This document shows, in pieces, positions 46,376 through 57,337 of a stretch of 64,000 nt of DNA. Positions within the stretch are counted from its first letter, which is position 1; each line of letters begins with the position of its first letter. Source of the DNA: Gammaproteobacteria bacterium (GTDB taxonomy: Bacteria; Pseudomonadota; Gammaproteobacteria; JABABF01); the NCBI GenBank assembly GCA_965205525.1, contig OZ242171.1, positions 89,993 to 153,992 of the forward strand, read 5' to 3'. Made by a program: the position numbers and the translations under genes. The notes under the pieces were generated by a model. The model was not told the origin of the DNA. It did not search any database and saw only the letters and a program-made list of their open reading frames with translations.

Positions 46376-48391
46376 ATGGTTTCTCATTCTGACTTAGCAG
46401 CCTCCCTGCGTGTGCTAAGCATGGATGCAGTGCAGCAGGCCCGCAGCGGCCATCCCGGCATGCCGATGGGCATGGCTGATATTGCCACAGTCCTGTGGCG
46501 TGAGTATCTGCGCCACGATCCGGCCAATCCCGACTGGCCTGACCGGGACCGCTTTGTCCTGTCCAACGGACACGGTTCCATGTTGCTGTACGCACTTTTG
46601 CATTTGACAGGCTACGACCTGCCAATGAAGGAGATCAAGAATTTTCGCCAGCTGCACAGCCGCACCCCGGGACACCCGGAGTACGGTCTCACACCCGGTG
46701 TGGAAACCACCACCGGCCCCCTCGGTCAGGGTTTGGCCAACGCCGTGGGGATGGCCCTCGCTGAAAAGATTCTGGCGGCCCGCTTTAATCGCCGCAGGTA
46801 TTTCCTGATTAACCACAAAACCTATGTTTTTGTCGGCGATGGCTGCCTGATGGAGGGGATCTCCCACGAGGTCTGCTCCCTGGCTGGCAGCATGCGGCTC
46901 GGCAAGCTGATAGTGTTTTATGACAGCAATGGGATTTCCATAGATGGGGCTGTAAGCGGCTGGTTCACAGACGACACCGCAGCGCGCTTTGCCGCCTACG
47001 GCTGGCAGACCATCCCGGAGGTGGACGGCCATGACCCCAAGGCTATTCAGGCGGCCATAGAGAAGGCCCATGAGGACCCTGAGCGCCCGACCCTGATCTG
47101 CTGTCGCACGGTAATCGGTCGCGGGGCGCCGAATAAGCAGGGCTCAGCGGATGTGCACGGTGCACCCCTGGGCAAAGATGAAGTGGCCGCCGTTCGGGAG
47201 GTGCTGAACTGGCAGCACGAGCCCTTTGTCATCCCCCAGGACATTCGCCAGGCCTGGGATGCGCGCAAGGCAGGACGAGCCCATAGCCGTGAATGGGAGA
47301 AGCAGCTGGCCTCCTATAAGAAGGAGCATTCGGAACTGGCCGGTGACCTGAAGCGATGCCTGGCGGGGAGTCTGCCGGGCGGCTTTGCCGAGACCGCCCG
47401 GCAGTTTATCCACAGCAGTCAGCTAGCCAATGACGGTGCAGGAAAAGAGTGCTCCACTCGCAAGGCCTCGCGTCTCTGCCTGGATGCCTATGCGCCCCTC
47501 CTGCCGGAGCTGATGGGGGGCTCTGCTGATCTCAGCGATTCGAATAATACCCGCTGGGCCGACAGCCGCACCATAACCGGCGAGCAGCCCGGCGGCAACT
47601 ACATTCATTTCGGTGTGCGCGAATTCGGCATGAGCGCCATCCTGAATGGCATCGCCCGGCACGGCGGTTTTATCCCCTACGGCGGCACTTTTCTGGTATT
47701 TATGGAATATGCGCGCAATGCTGTGCGGCTGGCAGCGCTGATGAAGCAGCGCTGCATCTTCATTTATACGCATGATTCCATCGGTCTCGGTGAAGACGGT
47801 CCCACCCACCAGCCGGTGGAGCAGCTGTGCGCTCTGCGCTCCACTCCGAACCTTTCCGTTTGGCGTCCTTGCGATACCGTGGAGACGGCGATAGCTTGGC
47901 AGGCAGCCTTGGAGCGGCAAGATGGTCCCACGGCCCTAGTGCTGAGCCGGCAGTCCCTGCCGGCGATTCGTCGGGACTTAGAGCAGTTGGACGATGCGGC
48001 TCGCGGCGCTTATGTGCTGCGAGAACCCGAGGGAGGCGAACCGGAGGGGGTGCTGATTGCCACCGGCTCTGAAGTGTCGGCGGCACTGGCGGCAGCGGAG
48101 CTGCTTGCCGCGCGCAATCGCCGGGTGCGGGTGGTATCCATGCCGTCAGCCGATGTTTTTGAGCGCCAGGCAAAATCCTATCGGGAGGCCGTTCTGCCCG
48201 CCGCCATCCGTCGCCGGGTCGTCGTGGAAGCGGCGCACCCGGACTGGTGGTATCGCTACGCTGGATTGGATGGGACAGTGCTGGGTATCAGCCAGTTCGG
48301 CGCCTCTGCTCCTGCTGAGAAGCTGTTTGAGCACTTCGGGTTTACGCCGGAGCAAGTGGCGGATGAAACGGAAAAAATTCTTTCTGTCTGA
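46376..48391 (+). CDS. tkt: Transketolase.
   Basis: [21 protein letters not shown], the ThDP motif [12 protein letters not shown] and [16 protein letters not shown] match transketolase. I prefer ATG 46376 over TTG 46367. Confidence 0.95.
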   Translation: MVSHSDLAASLRVLSMDAVQQARSGHPGMPMGMADIATVLWREYLRHDPANPDWPDRDRFVLSNGHGSMLLYALLHLTGYDLPMKEIKNFRQLHSRTPGHPEYGLTPGVETTTGPLGQGLANAVGMALAEKILAARFNRRRYFLINHKTYVFVGDGCLMEGISHEVCSLAGSMRLGKLIVFYDSNGISIDGAVSGWFTDDTAARFAAYGWQTIPEVDGHDPKAIQAAIEKAHEDPERPTLICCRTVIGRGAPNKQGSADVHGAPLGKDEVAAVREVLNWQHEPFVIPQDIRQAWDARKAGRAHSREWEKQLASYKKEHSELAGDLKRCLAGSLPGGFAETARQFIHSSQLANDGAGKECSTRKASRLCLDAYAPLLPELMGGSADLSDSNNTRWADSRTITGEQPGGNYIHFGVREFGMSAILNGIARHGGFIPYGGTFLVFMEYARNAVRLAALMKQRCIFIYTHDSIGLGEDGPTHQPVEQLCALRSTPNLSVWRPCDTVETAIAWQAALERQDGPTALVLSRQSLPAIRRDLEQLDDAARGAYVLREPEGGEPEGVLIATGSEVSAALAAAELLAARNRRVRVVSMPSADVFERQAKSYREAVLPAAIRRRVVVEAAHPDWWYRYAGLDGTVLGISQFGASAPAEKLFEHFGFTPEQVADETEKILSV

Positions 48392-48458
48392 AGATTTCTG
48401 CCTGCGGTCCATGGGGCTGGGTGCCCGCTGGGCGAGCGGCGTCTTGATTCCTTAGAGG

Positions 48459-49520
48459 ATGACAGCCCGCATTGCCATCAACGGGTACGGGCGCATCGGC
48501 CGCAGCGTGCTGCGCGCGCTCTACGAGTGCGGCTATCGGAATCGCCTGCAGCCAGCGGCGATCAATGACCCCGCCCCCCTGGTCGCGGTCAGCCACCTGA
48601 CCCGCTACGACACGGTGCACGGCAAATTCCCCATTGCGGTGGAGGAGGGGGATGACTGCCTTCGCATTGCGGGTGATGAAATTCAGCTCAGCGGAGAAAC
48701 CGACCCGGCGCGCCTGCCCTGGCGAGATCTGGATGTAGATATCGTCCTGGAGTGCACCGGACAATTCAGGGAAACCTCTCAGCTTGCGCTGCACCTGGAT
48801 GCCGGGGCTCACCGCGTGCTCCTGTCCCAGCCCGGTGCCCGGGAGATTCCCGCGGTGGTGTGGGGCATCAACAGCCGACTCTTGCAGACGGAGGCGTCAA
48901 TTATCTCCTCTGCCTCCTGCACCACCAATGCAGTGGTGCCGGTTATCGCGGTCTTGGACCGGACGCTGGGGATAGAGAGGGGCGCGATCACCACCCTGCA
49001 TTCCGCCATGAATGACCAGCCGGTTCTGGATTGCTACCGGCCCGGCGCTGACCTGAGGCTTATGCGTGCAGCCGGGGGCTCCATGATCCCGGTAGATACC
49101 CAGCTGGCGCAGGGCATCAGCCGCATACTGCCCCATTTAGAGGGGCGTTTTTCCGCCTCTGCCCTGCGGGTGCCCGTGCTGAATGTGTCCGCTATGAATC
49201 TCTCGGTGCAGGTTTGCCGGGACACTTCTGCCGAGGAGGTCAACCAGCTGCTGGCAGCGGCGGGGCAGGACTCCTTTCTGGCGGGAATTCTCGGGTACAG
49301 CGAAGAGCCGCTGCCCTCCTGTGATTTCAACCACGATCCCCGCTCCGGCATCGTGGATGCCGGGCAGACCCGGGTCAGCCATGGGCGTCTGGTCACCACC
49401 TTGACTTGGTTTGACAATGAATGGGGCTTTGCAAACCGCATGCTGGATTTGGCCTCTGCCATGGCCGAAATTCAGTCCGGCGGTGATGCGCAGCAGCTGA
49501 GAGAATTCCCCCATGGGTGA
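48459..49520 (+). CDS. Type I glyceraldehyde-3-phosphate dehydrogenase family protein (Gap / erythrose-4-phosphate dehydrogenase Epd-like).
   Basis: It has INGYGRIGR, the catalytic SASCTTN, and HSAMNDQPVLD, DFNHDPRSGIVD and WFDNEWGFANRMLD, which closely resemble Epd-type sequences. It sits in a tkt-gap/epd-pgk-fba cluster. Confidence 0.9.
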   Translation: MTARIAINGYGRIGRSVLRALYECGYRNRLQPAAINDPAPLVAVSHLTRYDTVHGKFPIAVEEGDDCLRIAGDEIQLSGETDPARLPWRDLDVDIVLECTGQFRETSQLALHLDAGAHRVLLSQPGAREIPAVVWGINSRLLQTEASIISSASCTTNAVVPVIAVLDRTLGIERGAITTLHSAMNDQPVLDCYRPGADLRLMRAAGGSMIPVDTQLAQGISRILPHLEGRFSASALRVPVLNVSAMNLSVQVCRDTSAEEVNQLLAAAGQDSFLAGILGYSEEPLPSCDFNHDPRSGIVDAGQTRVSHGRLVTTLTWFDNEWGFANRMLDLASAMAEIQSGGDAQQLREFPHG

Positions 49521-50688
49521 TCTGCCCCTGATGCAGGATTTTGATCTGGCGGGCAGGCGGGTGCTGATCCGAGAGGATTTTAATGTTCCGATGCAGGGCG
49601 GCAAAATCCGCTCTGATGCCCGCATACGAGCGGCCCTGCCTACGCTGCGAGCCGCCCTGGAGGCGGGTGCCGGAGTGCTGATCATGTCCCACTTGGGACG
49701 TCCCAAGGAGAATGCGGCGGGGGAGGAGCGGGCCCGCTTCAGCCTGGCGCCGGTGGCCCGCCGCTTAGGTGATCTCATGGATTGCCAGGTGTCGCTGGTG
49801 GAGAACGGGTGGGATGGAGTGCAGGCTGTTCCCGGCACGCTGACCCTGCTGGAAAATGTGCGCTTTCTGCCGGGGGAGAGTGCCAACAGCCCGGCGCTGG
49901 CAGCCCGCATGGCTGCCCTGTGCGATATCTATGTGATGGATGCCTTTGCTGTGGCGCACCGGGCCCACGCATCTACCTGCGGTGTGGCCGAATATGCTCC
50001 CCAGGCCTGCGCAGGTCTCCTCCTGGCCGCCGAGCTGGAAGCCTTGGGACGAGCCCTCTTTGAGCCCCCTCGCCCGGTGGTGGCAGTGGTCGGGGGCGCC
50101 AAGGTGTCTACCAAGCTTCGGGTGCTGGAATCTCTGGCCAAGAAAGCGGATCGGCTGGCGGTAGGGGGCGGGATTGCAAATACTTTTCTGCATGCGAAGG
50201 GCTTTGCGGTGGGGCATTCTCTTTGTGAGCCGACACTGGCGGGAGCGGCCCGTTCTCTTTCAGAGCAGATTGATGTCCTCCTGCCCGAGGATGTCCTGAC
50301 CGCAGCCGATGCCGGAGCGCAGTCCGCCGTTTCGCTGCGGCCCGTGGCAGAGGTGCCAGAGACGGAGAGTATCTTTGATATCGGCCCCGCCAGTGCCGCC
50401 CGGCTGGCGGAAGCTGTGCGGGGTGCCGGTACGCTCATCTGGAGCGGGCCAGTGGGCATGTTTGAGGACCCCCGTTTTACGGCTGGAACTGCCGCCTTGG
50501 CCCAGGCCGTCGCCGACTGTCCGGGCTACACCTTGGCTGGGGGCGGCGATACTTTGGCTGCCGTGGAGAAATACGGCGTGGCCGAGCAGATATCCTATCT
50601 CTCCACCGGCGGCGGCGCATTCTTAGAGTGCCTGGAGGGCCGCATTCTGCCGGCGGTGGCAGCCCTGGAGAGCCGTGTCGGGGGCTGA
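49513..50688 (+). CDS. pgk: Phosphoglycerate kinase.
   Basis: RVLIREDFNVPM, SHLGRP and the STGGGAFLE signature match Pgk. The start may instead be ATG 49531. Confidence 0.93.
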   Translation: MGDLPLMQDFDLAGRRVLIREDFNVPMQGGKIRSDARIRAALPTLRAALEAGAGVLIMSHLGRPKENAAGEERARFSLAPVARRLGDLMDCQVSLVENGWDGVQAVPGTLTLLENVRFLPGESANSPALAARMAALCDIYVMDAFAVAHRAHASTCGVAEYAPQACAGLLLAAELEALGRALFEPPRPVVAVVGGAKVSTKLRVLESLAKKADRLAVGGGIANTFLHAKGFAVGHSLCEPTLAGAARSLSEQIDVLLPEDVLTAADAGAQSAVSLRPVAEVPETESIFDIGPASAARLAEAVRGAGTLIWSGPVGMFEDPRFTAGTAALAQAVADCPGYTLAGGGDTLAAVEKYGVAEQISYLSTGGGAFLECLEGRILPAVAALESRVGG

Positions 50689-50763
50689 GTGCGGACTGTC
50701 CCGGCAGGGTAAAATGGGCTTTGCCACCGTGAAATCCGAAACTGAGCTGCAGAGGAAAGAGTC

Positions 50764-51828
50764 ATGGCATTGATCAGTATGAGGCAGTTGTTAGACCATG
50801 CCGCCGAGCACAGCTACGGTGTGCCTGCTTTCAATGTCAATAACGTAGAGCAGATGCGCGCCATCATGGAGGCGGCGGATGAAACCGAAAGCCCAGTCAT
50901 CGTGCAGGCCTCGGCAGGGGCGCGCAAGTACGCCGGCTCCAACTTTCTGCGCCATCTGATCCTGGCTGCCGTGGAGGAGTTCCCGCATATTCCGGTGGTG
51001 ATGCATCAGGATCACGGCGTCTCTCCGGCGGTGTGCCAGCGCTCCATCCAGCTGGGCTTCACCTCGGTGATGATGGATGGCTCCCTGCAGGAGGACGGCA
51101 AGACGCCGGCGGACTATGAATACAACGTGCAGGTCACTCAGAAGGCGGTGTCCATGGCTCACGCCTGCGGTGTTTCGGTGGAGGGGGAGCTGGGCTGCCT
51201 CGGCTCCTTGGAGACCGGCGAGGCGGGAGAGGAGGACGGCATCGGCGCTGAGGGCTCCCTTTCCATGGAACAGCTGCTGACCGACCCGGAGGAGGCGGCG
51301 GATTTTGTCGGCAAGACACAGGTAGATGCGCTGGCAATTGCCATCGGCACCAGTCACGGCGCCTACAAGTTCTCACGCAAGCCTACCGGCGATATCTTGG
51401 CCATCGGACGGATCAAGGAGATCCATGCTCGCCTGCCGGACACGCATTTGGTGATGCACGGCTCTTCATCGGTGCCGCAGGAATGGCTGGAGATTATCAA
51501 TGCCCACGGCGGTGACATTCCCGAGACCTACGGTGTGCCCTTAGAGGAGATCCGCGAGGGCATTCGCCACGGCGTGCGCAAGGTCAATATTGACACAGAT
51601 CTGCGTCTTGCATCCACCGGCTCTATCCGCCGCTGCCTGGCGGAAAATCCCTCCGAGTTTGACCCGCGCAAATACTTAAAGGCCGCCATCGCTGGCATGA
51701 AGGCCATCTGCAAGGAGCGCTACGAAGCCTTTGATGCCGCGGGCCATGCTGCAAAAATCCGCTGTATCAACTTAGAGGACATGTATCAGCGCTATGCCAG
51801 CGGCGAGCTGGCTCCAAAGGTGAATTGA
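50764..51828 (+). CDS. fba: Class II fructose-bisphosphate aldolase (Calvin-cycle/CbbA-like subtype, 354 aa).
   Basis: [27 protein letters not shown], the zinc site HQDHG and [10 protein letters not shown] match class II aldolase. Confidence 0.93.
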   Translation: MALISMRQLLDHAAEHSYGVPAFNVNNVEQMRAIMEAADETESPVIVQASAGARKYAGSNFLRHLILAAVEEFPHIPVVMHQDHGVSPAVCQRSIQLGFTSVMMDGSLQEDGKTPADYEYNVQVTQKAVSMAHACGVSVEGELGCLGSLETGEAGEEDGIGAEGSLSMEQLLTDPEEAADFVGKTQVDALAIAIGTSHGAYKFSRKPTGDILAIGRIKEIHARLPDTHLVMHGSSSVPQEWLEIINAHGGDIPETYGVPLEEIREGIRHGVRKVNIDTDLRLASTGSIRRCLAENPSEFDPRKYLKAAIAGMKAICKERYEAFDAAGHAAKIRCINLEDMYQRYASGELAPKVN

Positions 51829-53222
51829 TCTCCGACTTAAAGCGCCTTCTGGGCGCGGAGCGGGTGGCAGTGGATGCAGATACCCGCGCTCGCTGCCGCA
51901 CTGATTGGAGTCGTGTGCCGGCACCATTGCCGGAAGCGGTGGTCTTTCCAGGGACGAGCGAGCAAGTGCAGAACTTGGTGTGCTGGGCAGCGCAGAAATC
52001 GGTGCCCCTGGTGCCTATCGGCGGGCAGACTGGTTTGTCCGGCGGGGCGGCGGCGGTGCCCGGCGGAGTGATGGTATCTTTTGAGCGCATGAACCGTATC
52101 TGGGAATGCGTTGCAGAGGATTGCCTGGTGCGCTGTGAGGCGGGGACGGTGACCCGGGACCTGCAGGAGTACGCCCGTGACCGAGGTCTGTTCTACCCGG
52201 TGGATCTGGCTGCTGCCGGCAGCAGCCAGATCGGCGGCAATGTGGCTTCCAATGCAGGGGGTGTGCAGGTGTTTCGCTACGGTATGACCCGGAACTGGGT
52301 GGCGGGACTTCGGGTGGTAACCGGAAACGGCGAGCTGCTGAATCTGGACCGGGCGCTGGCCAAGGACAACGCAGGCTACGATCTTCGTCAGCTGTTCATA
52401 GGTTCAGAGGGGACCTTGGGCCTGATTACGGAGGCGGTGCTGCGCCTGACCCGCCTGCCTCGCTCCCCCTGTGTGCTGCTGCTGTCGCTGCCGGCGCTTG
52501 CGGCGCTGCCGGAAGTGACGGCCCGCTTTCGCTCGGAAATGGAGCTTCAGGCCGCCGAATTTTTCACCGAAGCCGCGCTGACAAAAGTGCTGACCGCAGG
52601 CAAGATCCCACGGCCTCTGCCTCCCGCTCCATGCTACCTTCTGCTTGAATTTGAAAATCCAGATGGCCAGATGGCAGCCCGGGGCATGGAAATCTTTAGC
52701 GAGGAGGCGCGTGCCGGCAGGCTGCAGGATGGCGTGACCGGAGAGAGCGAAACGCAGCGCAGAAACTTGTGGCGTCTGCGGGAGGAGATCACCGCAGTTT
52801 GTGCGCCCCTCAACCCCCGCAAGTACGACCTTTGCCTGCGTCCATCCCGGCTGCCGGATTTCCTGCAGGAGGCGGAGGCGATCTTGGAAGAGAGCGTAGC
52901 GGAGGTGGAGGCAGTGTGGTTCGGCCATGCCGCAGACGGCAATCTGCATCTGAATCTATTGCCGCTGCAGGCGCTTGACCCGAGTGTCTTTGCTGAGCGC
53001 TGCCAAGCGGTTGAGGGGGCCTTGTTTGAGGCAGTGCGCCGCCACGGCGGCAGTGCCTCGGCGGAGCACGGCATCGGGCTGCTCAAAAAGAACTGGCTGG
53101 AGGAGGATCTGTCCCCAGCGGCACTGGCATCTATGCACGCATTGAAGAAAGCTTTTGATCCTAAGGGCATTCTGAACCCTGGCAAAGTGCTTGCTTCTGC
53201 GGGAGAGCAGGACGCACATTGA
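51825..53222 (+). CDS. FAD-linked oxidase (GlcD / D-2-hydroxyacid dehydrogenase family).
   Basis: The FAD-binding PCMH-type region is [13 protein letters not shown]. The C-terminal [10 protein letters not shown] and the ending LNPGKV are typical of the family. The TTG start overlaps the fba stop as TTGA. Confidence 0.8.
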   Translation: MISDLKRLLGAERVAVDADTRARCRTDWSRVPAPLPEAVVFPGTSEQVQNLVCWAAQKSVPLVPIGGQTGLSGGAAAVPGGVMVSFERMNRIWECVAEDCLVRCEAGTVTRDLQEYARDRGLFYPVDLAAAGSSQIGGNVASNAGGVQVFRYGMTRNWVAGLRVVTGNGELLNLDRALAKDNAGYDLRQLFIGSEGTLGLITEAVLRLTRLPRSPCVLLLSLPALAALPEVTARFRSEMELQAAEFFTEAALTKVLTAGKIPRPLPPAPCYLLLEFENPDGQMAARGMEIFSEEARAGRLQDGVTGESETQRRNLWRLREEITAVCAPLNPRKYDLCLRPSRLPDFLQEAEAILEESVAEVEAVWFGHAADGNLHLNLLPLQALDPSVFAERCQAVEGALFEAVRRHGGSASAEHGIGLLKKNWLEEDLSPAALASMHALKKAFDPKGILNPGKVLASAGEQDAH

Positions 53223-53343
53223 AGAGCCTCGGGCGCCTGTCCCTGCCCCGCATATCAACGGGCCGAGCTATTCTCTCTGTCTATAAGTGTCCGCAACCAG
53301 TCTCTCTGCTGTAACCGCTATTCCATTTTCCAGGATATGCCCG

Positions 53344-54024
53344 TCAGGGGCCGGGTGCGGTGATCTCTTCCGTTCCTGACTCGCTGGCGAGCAGAAGCCT
53401 GTCCGCCGGACGGCGTGCAAAGATGCCATTGCACACGACTCCGGTGATCTGGTTCAATTTTTCCTCCAGGGCGGCGGGGCGGCTGATATCAAGACCGTGC
53501 ACATCCAAGATGATATTGCCATTGTCCGTGATAAAACCCTGCCGGTAGACCGGGTTGCCGCCCATTGTGGCGAGGGCTCGCGCCACCAGACCCCGTGCCA
53601 TGGGGATGACCTCCACCGGCAGGGGAAAATTTCCCAGCATGTCCACCTGTTTGCCCGCATCGGCGATGCAGATGAATTCCCGGGCTGCTGCGGCAAGTAT
53701 TTTTTCGCGGGTCAGAGCACCGCCGCCGCCTTTGATCATCTCTAGGCGGAGATTAATTTCGTCAGCGCCGTCCACATACACGGGTATGGCGTTTGCTGCG
53801 TTTAAGTCGTATACGGCAATACCGCAATCGCGCAAGCGCTCGGCACTGGCCTCGGAACTGGCCACTGCGCCGTCAAATCGTCCCCGATGTGCTGCCAGTG
53901 CATTGATAAAGCAATTTACTGTGCTGCCGGTGCCGACGCCGATGATCGTGTCCGTCTCCAGCCGGGACAGAACCTGCTCCAGTGCGGCATCGGCGGCCGC
54001 TTGTTTCAGTGTACCCCGGTCCAT
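53344..54024 (-). CDS. rpiA: Ribose-5-phosphate isomerase A.
   Basis: [14 protein letters not shown] and [11 protein letters not shown] are RpiA motifs. Confidence 0.93.
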   Translation of the reverse strand: MDRGTLKQAAADAALEQVLSRLETDTIIGVGTGSTVNCFINALAAHRGRFDGAVASSEASAERLRDCGIAVYDLNAANAIPVYVDGADEINLRLEMIKGGGGALTREKILAAAAREFICIADAGKQVDMLGNFPLPVEVIPMARGLVARALATMGGNPVYRQGFITDNGNIILDVHGLDISRPAALEEKLNQITGVVCNGIFARRPADRLLLASESGTEEITAPGP

Positions 54025-54081
54025 GGCGCCCCCGATGTATGATGTGCTGTTTTGATGACAGGCCTACTCGCACGGCGTACG

Positions 54082-55611
54082 ATGCAAAACTATATCAGAA
54101 AAATTGAAACTGCTCGGAAGCGGCTTGCGGGCATCGCCCGTTACACACCCATTGATGAAGCTCCGCTGCTGTCGCAGCGTCTTGGCAGCAAGGTGCTGCT
54201 GAAGCGAGAGGATTTGCAGCCGATTTTCTCCTTCAAACTGCGCGGCGCCTTCAACAAGATCGCAGGTCTCAGCGAGGCGAAGCGCAGTGCCGGAGTAATC
54301 GCTGCCTCTGCTGGCAACCATGCTCAGGGGGTGGCGCTGTCGGCGCAGCACTTGGGGGTGCGCGCCGTCATCGTTATGCCGCGCACCACGCCGCCCATCA
54401 AAGTTGCGGCCGTGCGCGCCCGGGGTGCCCGGGTCATCCTGCATGGCGACACCTACGACGAAGCTGGCAGCCATGCCCGGCAGCTTGCCCGGGAGCACGG
54501 GTGGACGCCTATCCCACCCTACGATGACGCGGATGTAATTGCCGGTCAGGGCACCATCGCCGCAGAAATCCACGAGCAGTACCCCGACCCCCTGCACGGG
54601 GTGTTTGTGCCCGTGGGCGGCGGCGGACTGCTTGCGGGAATGGCGGCTTTCCTCCATTCTGCGCGACCGCGGCTGAAAATATACGGCGTGGAGCCGGCGG
54701 ATGCCGCTTGCCTGGCGGCTGCCCTGGAGGCAGGCCGCCGGGTGAAGCTGCCGGAGGTCGGCCTGTTCGCCGATGGCGCGGCGGTGGCCCAAGTGGGACG
54801 GGAGCCTTTCCGGATCGTGCGCGAGCTCGGCATCGCCGGAGTAATTCGTGTCAGCAACGATGAGATCTGCGCAGCGATTAAAGATATTTTTGAAGACACG
54901 CGCTCAATCGCCGAGCCGGCGGGTGCCCTGGCAGTGGCGGGCATGAAAAAATACGCTGAGATGCACCGCCTGAAAGGACATACCCTGCTGGCCCTGCATA
55001 GCGGTGCCAACATTAATTTTGATCGCCTGCGTCACATCTCTGAGCGCACTGAAGTCGGTGAGCGCCGCGAAGCAATATTCAGCGTCACTATTCCAGAACA
55101 AAAAGGCAGCTTCTGGAAGTTTTGCCGCTGTCTCGGACAGCGTAATATCACTGAGTTCAACTATCGCTATGCAGACAGCAGGGAGGCCCGGGTCTTTGTC
55201 GGTGTGCAGATCGCCCCGGAGGGGAATGAGCGCGCCGTAATCTGCAAGTCTCTCCGACAGGCCGGTCACCGAGTGGTGGATATGACCGACGATGAAGTGG
55301 CAAAGCTGCATATCCGCCACATGGTGGGAGGATGTGCCCCCGCTTCGCTTCAGGATGAGGTTCTCTACCGCGTGCGGTTCCCGGAGCGTCCGGGCGCGCT
55401 GCTCAGTTTCTTGAGCCGGCTGGGACGGCGCTGGAATATCTCCTTGTTCCATTATCGTAACCACGGTACCGACTACGGTCGTATTCTGGTGGGCATACAG
55501 GCGGAAAAGAAAGATCTGCCCGAGGTTCGCCGCCGTCTCACCGGGCTGGGCTTTCCCTGGCATGAAGAGACAGACAATCCCGCCTACAGGGATTTTCTGC
55601 GCCAATCCTGA
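54082..55611 (+). CDS. ilvA: Biosynthetic threonine ammonia-lyase.
   Basis: The PLP site is FSFKLRGA. There are also SAGNHAQG and two C-terminal ACT-like regulatory repeats. The start is uncertain: ATG 54082 is preferred, with ATG 54055 or TTG 54052 possible. Confidence 0.9.
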   Translation: MQNYIRKIETARKRLAGIARYTPIDEAPLLSQRLGSKVLLKREDLQPIFSFKLRGAFNKIAGLSEAKRSAGVIAASAGNHAQGVALSAQHLGVRAVIVMPRTTPPIKVAAVRARGARVILHGDTYDEAGSHARQLAREHGWTPIPPYDDADVIAGQGTIAAEIHEQYPDPLHGVFVPVGGGGLLAGMAAFLHSARPRLKIYGVEPADAACLAAALEAGRRVKLPEVGLFADGAAVAQVGREPFRIVRELGIAGVIRVSNDEICAAIKDIFEDTRSIAEPAGALAVAGMKKYAEMHRLKGHTLLALHSGANINFDRLRHISERTEVGERREAIFSVTIPEQKGSFWKFCRCLGQRNITEFNYRYADSREARVFVGVQIAPEGNERAVICKSLRQAGHRVVDMTDDEVAKLHIRHMVGGCAPASLQDEVLYRVRFPERPGALLSFLSRLGRRWNISLFHYRNHGTDYGRILVGIQAEKKDLPEVRRRLTGLGFPWHEETDNPAYRDFLRQS

Positions 55612-55775
55612 ACGGCGGCAGCGGACCTCTTGTAAGACGCAGTCCGAGCTTGGCAGCCGCTGCATCTAATGGCTTGCCGACAGAGAGAAGCAATGATTTT
55701 AGAGCGTAGGGGCAAGCGCGCACTCTATTGACTTTACGGCAATAGGGCACCGTGTGTTTTTTGCTTCCTAGTTCC

Positions 55776-56402
55776 CTAATTAAATCGCCATAACCCGCGC
55801 TCGGTCGCCACCGCGTCCAAGGGTACATCCCAAACTGCCATCGGCACTTCTTCCACCTGCTGCAGGGAATATGCGATGCCCAGAAGGACAGGCCGCCGCT
55901 GTCCCTGCCTGCGAAAAGCAAAGCAACGGTCATAAAACCCACCGCCCTGACCCAAGCGGCAGCCTCTTCGGTCAAAGCCCACTAGAGGGACCAGCACCAG
56001 GTCCAGTCGTCTCAGTTGCACACCCCGTCCCGGCGGATTGGCGATTCCCGTCAGCTGCGATATTTTCGGGCGGCCCCTCTGCAGTCGCCCGGGCACAAAG
56101 CGCCGTTGCCCGCTCCGGCTTGTCGGCAGGAATAATCGGCTGTTTTGGGGTGCATGACGCAGCAGGGGAGCAAGGCTCATCTCCTCATTGTCTGCTGAGT
56201 AGACAGCGATGCGCCGCGCATGGTGGAAAAGAGGATGCGCCTTGACCTTGCGGGCTAAGCGGAGAGCGGCGAGGCGCCGCTTCCAAGAGGGCAGTGCTCG
56301 GCGCCGGGCGCGGAGTGACTGTCGCAGGGATTGCCGCCGCTGGCGGGAGTCCTTGGGCAACCAGCCAGAGTGCTGTTGCTGATATCCGCCTTCTTTGTGC
56401 AA
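55776..56402 (-). CDS. 5-formyltetrahydrofolate cyclo-ligase.
   Basis: LVPLVGFDRRGCRLGQGGGFYDR is a family hallmark. It lies downstream of zapA and the 6S RNA, as in E. coli ygfA. The start is uncertain because the ORF-track TTG abuts the 6S RNA U-tail and no ATG is nearby. Confidence 0.75.
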   Translation of the reverse strand: MHKEGGYQQQHSGWLPKDSRQRRQSLRQSLRARRRALPSWKRRLAALRLARKVKAHPLFHHARRIAVYSADNEEMSLAPLLRHAPQNSRLFLPTSRSGQRRFVPGRLQRGRPKISQLTGIANPPGRGVQLRRLDLVLVPLVGFDRRGCRLGQGGGFYDRCFAFRRQGQRRPVLLGIAYSLQQVEEVPMAVWDVPLDAVATERGLWRFN

Positions 56403-56404
56403 AA

Positions 56405-56612
56405 AAGAGCCCCCCGCACATACCGCTGACGTTCAGCTCTCGGACGTTTCAGTCCAAGGATGAGGCGCCGCTATGCTTTCAGGCTTCCCGTACGAAACGG
56501 GCGTGCACACCAGTCATAGCAGACGCACTCGCGCTGGCGAGTTAATAGCCCGGAGAACGTTCACGCCTGGCGCATATGGCAGGGGGCTGCTACCGATTAT
56601 AAGGGAGAAATT
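56405..56612 (-). ncRNA. ssrS: 6S RNA (ssrS) candidate.
   Basis: It occupies the conserved slot between zapA and the 5-FCL gene. The minus-strand transcript starts AAUUUCUCCCUU, resembling the E. coli AUUUCUCUGAG. A long closing helix pairs AGCCCCCUGCCAUAU with GUAUGUGCGGGGGGCU, followed by a U6 tail. The ends are approximate. Confidence 0.55.
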
Positions 56613-56623
56613 CCATATTGCAC

Positions 56624-56953
56624 TTATTCCAGTTCCAGCTGTTCGCCGCCATGCTGATCTAGTACTTTACCGATGCGGCTGTTCATGGATTTGAGAGCTT
56701 GCCCGATATTGCCATCTCCCACCACGGCTTTTTCTTTGAGCAGTTCATTGGCAATGTTGAGAGCGACCATAATGGCGGTGCGTTCCAGGCTGCTGCTCTT
56801 TCCCGTCTCGCGAGCTTTCTTCATCCGATCGTCCAAGTAGCTGGCGGCCTTTTGCAGCTCTTTCACCTCTGCCTGTTTGCAGCGCACCTGGTAGCTGCGA
56901 GCCAGGATTTGTATGCTGACGACTGTACTGTCCTTCGGGCTCGTTCTGCTCAT
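56624..56953 (-). CDS. zapA: Cell division protein ZapA.
   Basis: VSIQILARSYQVRCKQAEVKELQKAASYLDDRMKKAR...TAIMVALNIANEL is the ZapA pattern. The protein is 109 aa. Confidence 0.85.
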   Translation of the reverse strand: MSRTSPKDSTVVSIQILARSYQVRCKQAEVKELQKAASYLDDRMKKARETGKSSSLERTAIMVALNIANELLKEKAVVGDGNIGQALKSMNSRIGKVLDQHGGEQLELE

Positions 56954-57171
56954 AGGGTTTTCTCTAGCAGGCGCAATTTTTCAAGCAGTTGCTGCACGCG
57001 TTGCCTTATATCCTCCTGCTGTCGGAGAAGCTCCTTATGCAGCTTTTTCAAGCTGGCGGTTTCGGCCTGTATCGCCTGGTTGCGCTCATCCAATTTCGCA
57101 CACAGGACGATCAGCTTATCCACCTGCTGGCCCAGCGTTTGAAGATCGGATGCCTCATTGTCGTTTTTCAT
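56950..57171 (-). CDS. Small coiled-coil protein (ZapB-like / TIGR02449-type) upstream of zapA.
   Basis: The sequence is heptad-rich: MKNDNEASDLQTLGQQVDKLIVLCAKLDERNQAIQAETASLKKLHKELLRQQEDIRQRVQQLLEKLRLLE. A GAGG lies 5 nt upstream of ATG 57171. Its stop overlaps the zapA start. Confidence 0.65.
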   Translation of the reverse strand: MKNDNEASDLQTLGQQVDKLIVLCAKLDERNQAIQAETASLKKLHKELLRQQEDIRQRVQQLLEKLRLLEKTL

Positions 57172-57337
57172 ATTGCCTCTGTATCGGGGGCACATGCCTT
57201 ATTATGCATTGCAGAATATAGGGGATATTGCCCAAGGCGGTCAAATTACCCTATTTCTCTCCCCCCCTGAAGTGGTCATTCCATGTCAAAGAGAATCGGT
57301 TTTACAGTGCTTCTGGCGGAGTTCCAAGGAGGAGCCA

